The position numbers and the translations under genes are program-made. DNA of 64,000 bases from Tetramitus jugosus (Eukaryota; Protista; Heterolobosea): the NCBI GenBank assembly GCA_937625935.1, contig OW569393.1, forward strand, positions 124,001 through 188,000, written 5' to 3'. Every line of letters begins with the position of its first letter. Within the stretch, counting starts at the first letter, position 1. Shown here piece by piece: positions 55,175 through 64,000 of this stretch. The notes under the pieces were generated by a model, which worked only from the letters and a program-made list of their open reading frames with translations, had not been told where the DNA came from and searched no databases.

Positions 55175-56719
55175 ATGAACAGAATGACATTGACTTGTCA
55201 AGCACACCGACATGTGTTGCGTCATTTGACTTTTTCAAGAAGTAGTCACTTGACACACCAACAACTCTTCTCCTATGCTACCAAAGTCGATCGAACAGGT
55301 GCCGCACTCCCTTCTCAAACTCCCGCCAAAAACATAAACTCCGCTCCACAGCCTTCGCGCCATCGACCCAAAAAATCAGTGCTATCTCCACAGCTCAATG
55401 CAGCCAAAAAAGCTTACACACAACAACAACAACAGCAACAACAACCATCCACAAGTAAAATCACCAATGAAGCATCATCATCATCATCAACACTCAAAAA
55501 ACAACAACCAAGCTCTCTATCCAAACCATCATCATCATCTTCATCAGCAGCATCATTATCAGCTCTCAAAGCTAAACAAGCAGAAAATATTCAACAACTC
55601 ATGAAAATGTTGTTGCTCATTGAAGAACAAGCAAATAAGCTGAATCAACAATCAGAAGAGCAAGTCAGTTCATCGTCATCATCATCTGCATTGAATCTTA
55701 ATCTACCATCGATGCCATCCATGTCGACTTTTGGTGGTGAGCAATCATCCAATGGTGAGGTGATGATGGAAGAGGACTACATGACAACATTTTCATTCTT
55801 TAGAAGTGCAGTTGCATTGCAACAATGGTACATGTTGCCTGTGATTGGACATGATTCTGAAGAGTCAAAAAATGCAGGTTGGAAAACAAGGGCCAAAGTT
55901 CGAATTTTCACTGATTTGACACTGTATAAACAGTTTATCAAGGAGAGGTGCTATGATGCCAAGGAGACACGTCCAGTCAAATTTGATAATTTACCCTTTT
56001 TCATTGAAGCACTCTTGTTGAATGAGAAACTAAAGGAGGAGACAGATGTGGAGGAGAAGAGGCTGTTGAAGAATCGATTGGCTCAGCATCCATTGTCCTA
56101 TGAGATTTCTCATGTGCCAGGTCACGTGTCCAATATTGTGATTGATGATGCGAGTGATCATGCATTTGTTTTGAGAAGAGATTACTTTAGGCCTGTGGTG
56201 CTGTGGAGAGCCATTATGGAAGTGGAGAGTGCAATCCATGCCATTCGTCTATGGGCGTTGCCAAAGAGTGCAAAACATCGATTCGACAATACGGCATTCT
56301 TGGAGGATCATCCAAAGGCGAAGGACGATCCAATTCAAGCACTCTTGGACTTTAATCGATATTTGTTGATCAAGAAGAGTGACACTGGAGGGTTCTTGAT
56401 GATACCGGAGAGTACGATTGATGCTGAGAATCATTCGGATCCATCAGCAGTCAAGAACACACACGTTGCAGTGTTTACTGCACCGGATTTTGCCTATGAA
56501 TTTGTAGATGCCCATGGTATTGACCGCGAACAGATCAAGGTTGTTCGTGGGGATCGGTTATTCAAGATGCTGAATCAGGTATATGATCGAATTGGAGGAA
56601 TCGTTGTGAATGCTGGAAACTTGCTGCCCAATGCAATCAACCAGGAAGTTGCCTTCACGAAAGACTTTGTGAGATCTGTTGCCGAAGCACAGGAGGAAGA
56701 GGAAGAAGATGAAGAATAA
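55175..56719 (+). CDS. Probable mitochondrial protein with two SseB-like repeats
   Basis: Arg/Ser/His-rich presequence-like N-terminus; VRIFTD...NIVID and VAVFTAPD...VRGDRLF...GIVVNAG. Confidence 0.6.
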   Translation: MNRMTLTCQAHRHVLRHLTFSRSSHLTHQQLFSYATKVDRTGAALPSQTPAKNINSAPQPSRHRPKKSVLSPQLNAAKKAYTQQQQQQQQPSTSKITNEASSSSSTLKKQQPSSLSKPSSSSSSAASLSALKAKQAENIQQLMKMLLLIEEQANKLNQQSEEQVSSSSSSSALNLNLPSMPSMSTFGGEQSSNGEVMMEEDYMTTFSFFRSAVALQQWYMLPVIGHDSEESKNAGWKTRAKVRIFTDLTLYKQFIKERCYDAKETRPVKFDNLPFFIEALLLNEKLKEETDVEEKRLLKNRLAQHPLSYEISHVPGHVSNIVIDDASDHAFVLRRDYFRPVVLWRAIMEVESAIHAIRLWALPKSAKHRFDNTAFLEDHPKAKDDPIQALLDFNRYLLIKKSDTGGFLMIPESTIDAENHSDPSAVKNTHVAVFTAPDFAYEFVDAHGIDREQIKVVRGDRLFKMLNQVYDRIGGIVVNAGNLLPNAINQEVAFTKDFVRSVAEAQEEEEEDEE

Positions 56720-57244
56720 GCGTAAGCTTTGGCACAATACTTGCAGTAGTTAAGTATCTGAAACAACTTACTAGCAACGAGTGAAGTGTGACAACGAGTG
56801 ACAGCAATGTCAAGAATAAAACTTGTGACACTAGTCGTTGCAAACGTGTATTATCCGTTAATTATTGCCGGCTGTTATCCACCACAATGGGAAACACCTC
56901 ATTGGGAAAGTTCCTTCTATCCCTTCTGAATTGTTTCTGCCAAGCAGGAGAATTCTTTCAACGTCTCTTTACCGCCAAAAAAATGAAATTTCTGGTGTGT
57001 GAGGAATCATGCTCCTGATTCCCTCCGATCTTGCTGCGAGAGAGTGAAATGAGGGAACGGTCGTCCTGCAAAACAACATTCAAAAAGCAAACGAACAACA
57101 ACAATTTAAGATCACACTTTTGAAAACAACACACCATTTGTTAACAACAAATCTCACCCAACACCACCACTACCACCCTTTTCTTTCCCTTCACACAATT
57201 TTGCCTCCGACAATTTTGGCGCCAAAAGTTTTGATCCTACTACG

Positions 57245-58821
57245 ATGATCCACCACCATTTTCACAGAGCAATTACCTCGGTTACCACCAAACGATCAAC
57301 CAATGTGGTCGTTGTCACTTTTGCACCTCCACGTTCTTTCCATTCCAATTTTTTCTCCCAAATGATCACTGCTCCTATCACTACTACCATCACTACCTCG
57401 ACTACTCCTTCTAGAACAGAAGTAAAAGCTTCTTCTTCTCCCACTTTTGACAGTCAATCTCTTGTTCAACACTTGAACTGTATGTAACAACCATTTATTT
57501 GCTTTTTGAAGCTTACATGTGTAGAATGACAGTTTTTTAACCAAAATCAATTGTTTTATTGTTATTGTTGTTATGGTGATAAATAGCGATTGATCAAGCC
57601 ATTAAACAAGACAATGTTTCACTCGTGTGGAGCACTTATCAATCCATGAAACAAAATTCCTTGGTTCCTGATTTGACATGCTACCGTAACATGATTCGCT
57701 ACTCTTCCATGCCTAGTAGTTGCAAGCGAAAAATTTACCAAGATTTTGTTGCCGAGTACTATCGAGAAAATTCCGATTCTCCGACTGTAGACAAGGCAAG
57801 TGTGATTTCACCCATTATGCAATTGGGAAGTGTGTTGTTTGAGGCACACTTGATTCAAAAGGATTGGAAAGAAGCCAATTCCATCTTTGGTCATTGCATG
57901 GATCAAATTCTTCAATTTACAAATGAAAATTTGAATAACAAGCAAGAGAACATGTACCAGAACTTGGAGGACAAGAGGGAGTGCGAAGAAGTGCAGCTTA
58001 TTGAGCAGTACTTGAGCTCTTTCTTGTCAGTTTTGACTCAACAGATGCGAACGGATCATTTGCAATTGATTCAATATTGGAATCAAATGAAAAATCAATT
58101 GAAAAAAGCCAATGGTATTGGTAGTGATGATAGTGATGCAGTATTGTCATCATTGTTGTTGAAGGATGCAACCATTGTTCAACAATTGAAAAATGTTCAC
58201 TTGTCGAATCTGATTTATGGATTGTCATTGACCACGGATATTATTACGAGAGCTCAATTGTATGAAACTGAGAATTTTAAGATTGGATTGCATTTGGATG
58301 ATTTGCAGTACTTTATTGATTTGACTCGTGAGTTGCACCAGTTTTTGAAGATGAATTTCCCATCTCCACAAAAGAATGTCAATTATTATCAATTGTTGAG
58401 AAAGCAGGCACCGGATCATGTACTGTGTCAAGACATTCGTCTCATGTTCCAATACCAAGTCCAGAAAAAGATGCATCTCATCTCGGGGTACTTGAGTCAA
58501 CAAGAACAACGGTTGCCTCACCAAGTATCATCGTCATCCCATCACCAGCATCAAGACAACACGGAAGTGCTCTCTGCTCAACAACAACAACAGCTTCAGG
58601 TACTCGCTTATCAGTACTTGCAAGAAAATAGGCCTATTCCCACTCAATATGCACCACTATTGAGAAGAGCGATCGTTCAAAGTTTAGGATTGAATGATTC
58701 GAGCTCTCCTTCCTTGTTGCCACTGCTCGGTGAAGTGACAAGATCCAACAACAATCGTTCCTCATCCACTTCTAGGTTCCAATTGGATGACGACTTGATG
58801 TACAACCATGATTCATGGTAA
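57245..58821 (+). CDS. Probable mitochondrial helical-repeat (PPR-like) protein; intron 57480-57586
   Basis: Presequence-like exon 1; YQSMKQNSLVPDLTCYRNMIRY PPR-like motif; GTATG...TAG intron keeps the frame. Confidence 0.65.
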
Positions 58822-58933
58822 GCACGCGCTCACCAACCATTAAACTTTTAATTTATTTTCGAAACTTCATTTTTGATCAGTGTCATCTTCGGTGTGATCT
58901 CCAAAACTACGCCCGAAAAGAACGCAACACAGA

Positions 58934-59824
58934 ATGCAATCACTCAACAGATTGGTCAAATGGCGCCAAATTGCTCCACACTCCCGCTCAAATCACTCTC
59001 TACGGTTCAAGAGCTTCTCCACCAGTGTGACTCACAAGTTGATTGCCACAACTCATTTTCAAAACACACTGGCACAACAGCACTTTCCAACGCTATGCTC
59101 ACTCCTAGAGCAAGACTCAGCGTCTCATAGGTTCCTCTTCTATGAAAAACTCAAGAGCTTAAATTTGAACACTCCAGAGAACAACAAGCCAAGGTATTCC
59201 TCTCTCAAGACTGATCCTTCGAAAATGAGAAAAAGTGCAGTTCTCATGTGCTTTGTCACTCGTCCCAGTATTATTCCTTCTCCCATTCGTCTGCTGATAC
59301 TTCAAAAGACACCAAAGAATGTAAAAATGGACTCGAAGTACCTCTATGGAGGTCAACCTTGTTTTCCTGGAGGTACGTTTGATGAGGGAATCGATGATAC
59401 GTTGCGCGATACGGCAATTCGGGAAACCAATGAAGAACTAGGTCCAGTCAATGGTTTAAAAGTTTGTAATGAGAGCTTTCCTGAAGCGCTGACTGGTGCA
59501 GGCATCTTCTCAGTCAAGACTTTTATTGCCACATTTGAAAATAGTGGGATAGTGCCCTATCAGTTGCAAAAGGAAGAAATTGCTCATGCCTTTGAAATTC
59601 ATTTTGCAGATATTTTGAAGGGCTATGATCCAAAAGGTGTTATTAATTATCCTGGTTATGGAGAGTTTATGGGTCCAATGTTCAATGTAACAGGTCTGAC
59701 GTGCCCCACTGTGGACAACACTGACCCTAAGAATCAATCCTTTGTTCCGTTGGCCATCTGGGGCTACACCGCTTCCATTATTGAGAAATTCTGCCGAACT
59801 TTGGAGCAAGATCTGGCTCAGTAG
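58934..59824 (+). CDS. Nudix hydrolase, CoA pyrophosphatase (NUDT7/NUDT8-like)
   Basis: SAVL, GQPCFPGG...TAIRETNEELG Nudix box, IWGYTA. Confidence 0.9.
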   Translation: MQSLNRLVKWRQIAPHSRSNHSLRFKSFSTSVTHKLIATTHFQNTLAQQHFPTLCSLLEQDSASHRFLFYEKLKSLNLNTPENNKPRYSSLKTDPSKMRKSAVLMCFVTRPSIIPSPIRLLILQKTPKNVKMDSKYLYGGQPCFPGGTFDEGIDDTLRDTAIRETNEELGPVNGLKVCNESFPEALTGAGIFSVKTFIATFENSGIVPYQLQKEEIAHAFEIHFADILKGYDPKGVINYPGYGEFMGPMFNVTGLTCPTVDNTDPKNQSFVPLAIWGYTASIIEKFCRTLEQDLAQ

Positions 59825-59856
59825 GAAATAAATTTGTTCGTCATGTATGTATTGGT

Positions 59857-61398
59857 TTATTTCTTGGGCAATGGTTTTGGGGACAGAATTGCACCAGAAT
59901 GGAGTAATTGTGACAATTGTTGTCGTGAGTATTCAATCTTGAAGGATAGAGTATTGTCGTCACCAGTGTCATCAATATCGAATATGAGAGGATCCACAGT
60001 TTGATTCTTTGATAGAAAATCGGCTATTGAGGCACTCAAGTCCACATATCGCATCAAATGTTTCATTAGTAGCAACTTGTTTCTCTCAATGTCCCTCCGA
60101 AGCACAGTCAACCGATCAATGCTCGACACAAGCAACACAGAAGACCGTCTCTTTATCTCGACAACCTGTGGTTGAGTCGATTCCTCCACTTCAGTCACTT
60201 CCTGTTGTTGCTTCTCGACATGTTCGTGTCCATCCGTTGGCAACTCTTTCCTCTTTGCTTTTGTGAGTCGAGCAGGTTTGATGAAGCCATGTTCGAACAA
60301 GTATTGTTTCAAAATCGTCAATGCATCACGGAGAGTCTCTACTCCTTGATTCAGATGTGTTTCAAACAACGGTTCAAGGAGATGTCTGTTTGGAACCTCT
60401 ATGCCATCAACTGTTCGATTCAAGTTCGGCTTAATATATACGTGAAATTCGGATTCTTTCTCAAGTGTCATAGTGTTCACTGCACTCAATTTCATCTCAA
60501 TCACACCATCTTCTAACATATTGAGTAAACTAGGTTCAATACTTTCAAGGTGACTCGGTATGGGCATATCTCTCACAGTGTATAACTCTAGTATCGTCAC
60601 ATATTCGAACGGTTGAGGTTTCGGCCTCCCAGACTGTTGTCTCTCAATCTTGGCAATCCTTCGCTTCAACAACTTTTCAAAATCGTTCATGGACTCGTTC
60701 CTGTACACGACACATCCATCCTGAATCATTCTCATCATGACTCGACCAATGTTTCTTGCATCGTCAACGCCAGAGTGACTCCTTCCTTCAAAAGTCATAC
60801 CCAGATTCTCTAACATTCTTGTAATGTTTCGTTTCGAGCAATGATAAAAATTTGCATACAAATCACGCAAGTTGACCCAACGGTCAAAATAAAAAGGAAC
60901 AGGAATTTTTTTCCTCGTGCACTCCTTGAACAAAAAATCCCTAAAATCCCAGGGACCATCCGTTACAAAAGCGAAAAACACATGCTGTTCCCAAAGCTCT
61001 TCCAAATCTTCTCTGCCTCGGTCATAACACTCCTCTAGTTTCAACGTTTTTGAGATGAGTTCCTTCTCCTGAAGCCATTCATGCACAATGACAAGTGCTT
61101 GTGGAAGCTCTGGTGCCTGATCGACTTTATCTTGACCAATTCCGGTCAACTCTGTACAAAATTCAGTCAACCTTGGATTTTGAACCGGTTTTACAAATAA
61201 TTGCAGTTCATCCTTGATTTCAAATGATTGAGCACTATTTTCTTCAGTTGGTTGTGAGATGAGCACCAGTGGAAACTCTATAATTTCATTCGGGTATCGT
61301 ACTGCCTTTCTTTCGCATGTCGCTTCAAAATCTAAGATGACATAGGAGCGGAAAGGTTGTTCTATTCTTGGCGTGTTATCTGTGTTGTAAAGTTGCAT
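59857..61398 (-). CDS. ERI1-family DEDDh 3'-5' exonuclease with a second degenerate exonuclease-like domain
   Basis: ILDFEATC, EIIEFP, LTEFCTELTGI, TDGPWD, FEGRSHSGVDDARNI. Confidence 0.9.
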   Translation of the reverse strand: MQLYNTDNTPRIEQPFRSYVILDFEATCERKAVRYPNEIIEFPLVLISQPTEENSAQSFEIKDELQLFVKPVQNPRLTEFCTELTGIGQDKVDQAPELPQALVIVHEWLQEKELISKTLKLEECYDRGREDLEELWEQHVFFAFVTDGPWDFRDFLFKECTRKKIPVPFYFDRWVNLRDLYANFYHCSKRNITRMLENLGMTFEGRSHSGVDDARNIGRVMMRMIQDGCVVYRNESMNDFEKLLKRRIAKIERQQSGRPKPQPFEYVTILELYTVRDMPIPSHLESIEPSLLNMLEDGVIEMKLSAVNTMTLEKESEFHVYIKPNLNRTVDGIEVPNRHLLEPLFETHLNQGVETLRDALTILKQYLFEHGFIKPARLTKAKRKELPTDGHEHVEKQQQEVTEVEESTQPQVVEIKRRSSVLLVSSIDRLTVLRRDIERNKLLLMKHLMRYVDLSASIADFLSKNQTVDPLIFDIDDTGDDNTLSFKIEYSRQQLSQLLHSGAILSPKPLPKK

Positions 61399-61659
61399 TC
61401 CTTTCGAATTATCTAATCTTTTGTCTGTCGCTAAAGTTATAGTACTAACAATGATTCTAGGGCGCGAGCGAATGAATTTGTTTGTGTGTGGAGAGTGTTT
61501 TTATGTGGAGTTGAACAATGAACTTTTCAAGCCAAGGATAGACTGTGATCTGGGAACAAGAGTGGAAGTTGCGAACATCAATTCCGATCTTGTATTTTCC
61601 GTTTTTGTTGCCGGAAATTGAACCTTTCCCTCGCACAAGCAACAGTTCTTTTGTTGAAT

Positions 61660-63021
61660 TCATGGATAACCATATTGTGTGCTACACCCATTAAAGCATC
61701 GCAGCTTCCCCAGATATTTTCGTGAATCTTGATCAAAGCCACGAGAGTTGGTGTTTAGTGTGTGAAGATTGTTCAGGTATGCGAACATCTGTCCCGTCAA
61801 TCCTTGTTGGCGCATGTTCCCAATCGCCAGTTTTGTGAGCTTCGGTATGTAAGCGAAGGCCCAGTCCGTGATGTTCCCGCGCTCAAGGAATATCATGTCC
61901 AATTCACGGAGGTTGTTGAGACCACTAAATGCTGCATCTGTGAAGTTCTTAGATCCGAGTGGACCCCTATACTTCTCGTACAAAGCCTCTTTCGAGTCTG
62001 TGACACCTTTGTCATTAATGTTCAGTTTGGTTAGACCTTTGAGATACAGAAATGCTGCATCAGTGAAGTGAATGTTGCGTGAAATGTCGAGTTCGGTGAG
62101 ATTAGGTAATTGGGCGAACACTTCATCGCCCAGTGTCCTTTGGCAACAACTCAAGTCCAGTATAGTGAGTTTGCCGAGGTTCTTGAACGCTTCAGGGGTG
62201 ATTGTTGTTATTGTGTCACTGCCACACAAGCTCAGATGCTCAAGATTTGAGAGGTGTTGAAATGCAGCATCTGTAATCGTCGCAGTGGTATGTCCTCCCA
62301 TTTTCAGGACGCGAAGTCCCTCAAGGTGCTCAAACATCGCATCTGTGGCATATGTGCATGACGAGATATCCAGTTCCGTGAGCGCGGGCAAGTGTCTGAA
62401 TACATCACGTATTTTTGGTAGATGACATTCCGTCATGGTGAGAGTACGCAACTCCTTCATGTTTTCGAACGCTTCACTCGAGAGCTGCATACAGCCTGAC
62501 ACACTCAGTGAACGCAGCTTGGGCAAGCATCGGAGAGCCGCGTCAGAAAATTGCTGACAGTACGATATATTTAGCGTGCGAAGATTTACCAGGAGTTGCA
62601 GCGTTTCGTCTCCCACATAGGAGGTAAATGGCATACTGAGGTTGAACAGTGCCTTTTCTGCGGTCACCATTGACTGTAACATATCTGTAGGGTTACTCCA
62701 AAAGAAGGGCAGTGTTCGTTGCTTGTGAATCATGAAGATCAGGTTGTGTTTGATCTCGTTGATCTTTATGCACGTGTAACTGAACTTGATCCATGTGCGT
62801 GTGTCCATGAACTCGATGGCCAAAATGAGACAGTCATCTGGCAGTAGCAACAGATTGGTACCTCCTGTGTACTGCGATGATACTTGGATGCGCTTGGCTG
62901 TTGGTGCGGAAGCATGTGTCTTCCGGCGCTTGGCAGAGGGTGCGAGTTGCTGTCGGATCTGTCGTTGTACCATTGGTGTTTGTTTTTCTCTTGTTTTTTG
63001 TGAGTGCTCTATGTGATCCAT
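61660..63021 (-). CDS. F-box/LRR-repeat protein
   Basis: LLLLPDDCLILAIEFM F-box; repeated LxxLxxLDISxC...TDAAF LRRs. Confidence 0.85.
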   Translation of the reverse strand: MDHIEHSQKTREKQTPMVQRQIRQQLAPSAKRRKTHASAPTAKRIQVSSQYTGGTNLLLLPDDCLILAIEFMDTRTWIKFSYTCIKINEIKHNLIFMIHKQRTLPFFWSNPTDMLQSMVTAEKALFNLSMPFTSYVGDETLQLLVNLRTLNISYCQQFSDAALRCLPKLRSLSVSGCMQLSSEAFENMKELRTLTMTECHLPKIRDVFRHLPALTELDISSCTYATDAMFEHLEGLRVLKMGGHTTATITDAAFQHLSNLEHLSLCGSDTITTITPEAFKNLGKLTILDLSCCQRTLGDEVFAQLPNLTELDISRNIHFTDAAFLYLKGLTKLNINDKGVTDSKEALYEKYRGPLGSKNFTDAAFSGLNNLRELDMIFLERGNITDWAFAYIPKLTKLAIGNMRQQGLTGQMFAYLNNLHTLNTNSRGFDQDSRKYLGKLRCFNGCSTQYGYP

Positions 63022-63084
63022 GATTCTCCGTCGCTGCTCTCTGTTGTTTTGTCATGATCATACACATTGTTTTAATGAAGGTTC

Positions 63085-64000
63085 TTACAGTTCAGATGGT
63101 GCCAACTTTGCCTTTCTTTCTCTCTCAAACTCTAGCTCTGCAGGCCAAAAAACATTGGCATTAAACTCAAAGTCACTGGTACCAGAGAACCTCTTCTCAA
63201 CTGTGGTGATATCAAAAAACTTGGATAAGGAATCGACTTGCTCTTGATTCGACTTTCCAACAAAATGAATCTTTTGTCTTGTCACTGGATGTATAAATGG
63301 TTTTACCGCCGTAAAGAAAACAGAGAAAATAAATGGCGCGCTTATCAACAGCGCAGCGCCAAGTCTTTCAGGGTATTGATTGGACAAAATGTCCAGAATT
63401 TCACGAGCGACAGACAAGGGAGTGGCATGACGATTGGAGTACTCTCCAAAGTCAATGACCCAAACCATTTGCTCCACATTTTCACCCATGGAAGCAATGG
63501 CTTGTTCAATCGTGTACACCAAGAGCTGTACATTCTTGACATAATCCGTAGAGTTCTCTCTGCTCGGTGTCATGTAGATGGCTGGTCTACCCATATTGTC
63601 AAATCCCCGCCGAAACATTTTTCCTGTGCTTGCTTCCAATGCAAGCTTTTCACCTTCAATCTCCTCTGGTTTGTATTCTCGGCGCCACTTGAGTGAATCC
63701 AAGAGCATTTTGTGTGATTTGCTCAAGTTCCATTCTCTAGCTCTTAGATATCTCAATAAGCACGCATCACTACAAAACTAAACATTTACCAAAAATATCA
63801 TCAAAATCGAATTCCAAACCGTAGTGTAAGCGGCAAAATGCAATTGACCGTTTTTGGCGCGCCAAAAAAAAAGTTTCAAGCAAAAAAAAACAATTTGACT
63901 CACCTGCTTTTCTCTTTGTGTGAGTGGTGCTTCAGAATTGTCAAACATGAGACTACGGAATTCATCCAGAAGCGCCGTCTGTTTTTCATCTAGTTGAGTC
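63085..64000 (-). CDS. CRAL-TRIO (Sec14/PDR16-like) lipid-binding protein, 5'-partial; intron 63778-63903
   Basis: DACLLRYLRAREWN...SLKWRREYKPE, GFDNMGRPAIY, QYPERLG, PFIHPVTRQKIHF; GTGAG...TAG intron. Confidence 0.92.

Noticed and set aside
1-64000. CRISPR array or prokaryotic operon
   Set aside because: No regularly spaced direct repeats; spliceosomal introns and eukaryote-specific genes throughout

Overview
Gene-dense eukaryotic DNA from a microbial eukaryote. It has short GT-AG introns with GTATG/GTAAG donors and often CTAAC-like branch points, a cytosolic uS13, a Ras, a BEACH protein and many F-box genes; the style resembles a heterolobosean/discoban amoeba, which is an inference. 1-20 kb is an accessory region: the 3' end of a Mutator-like transposon (SWIM + chromodomain) that apparently truncates a host gene, a Ninjurin (NINJ1-like) homolog, four F-box/LRR/ankyrin paralogs (two intact, one scrambled, one relic) and three tandem paralogs carrying a KH-like plus unknown domain. 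21-64 kb is mostly ordinary genes, interrupted by two islands of mobile-element debris lying directly upstream of Pol III genes (a 5S rRNA and a tRNA-Asp). The tRNA island holds an internally deleted LINE placed like Dictyostelium TRE5 and a Penelope-like RT C-terminus. Directly after the latter is a ~720-nt tract tiled with about 17 hairpins, in which a long-range helix encloses AACCCAAACCCA (two complementary copies of TTTGGG). This tract and the protist Ninjurin are the best candidates for an undescribed system. All family assignments come from motif recognition by eye; no searches were run.
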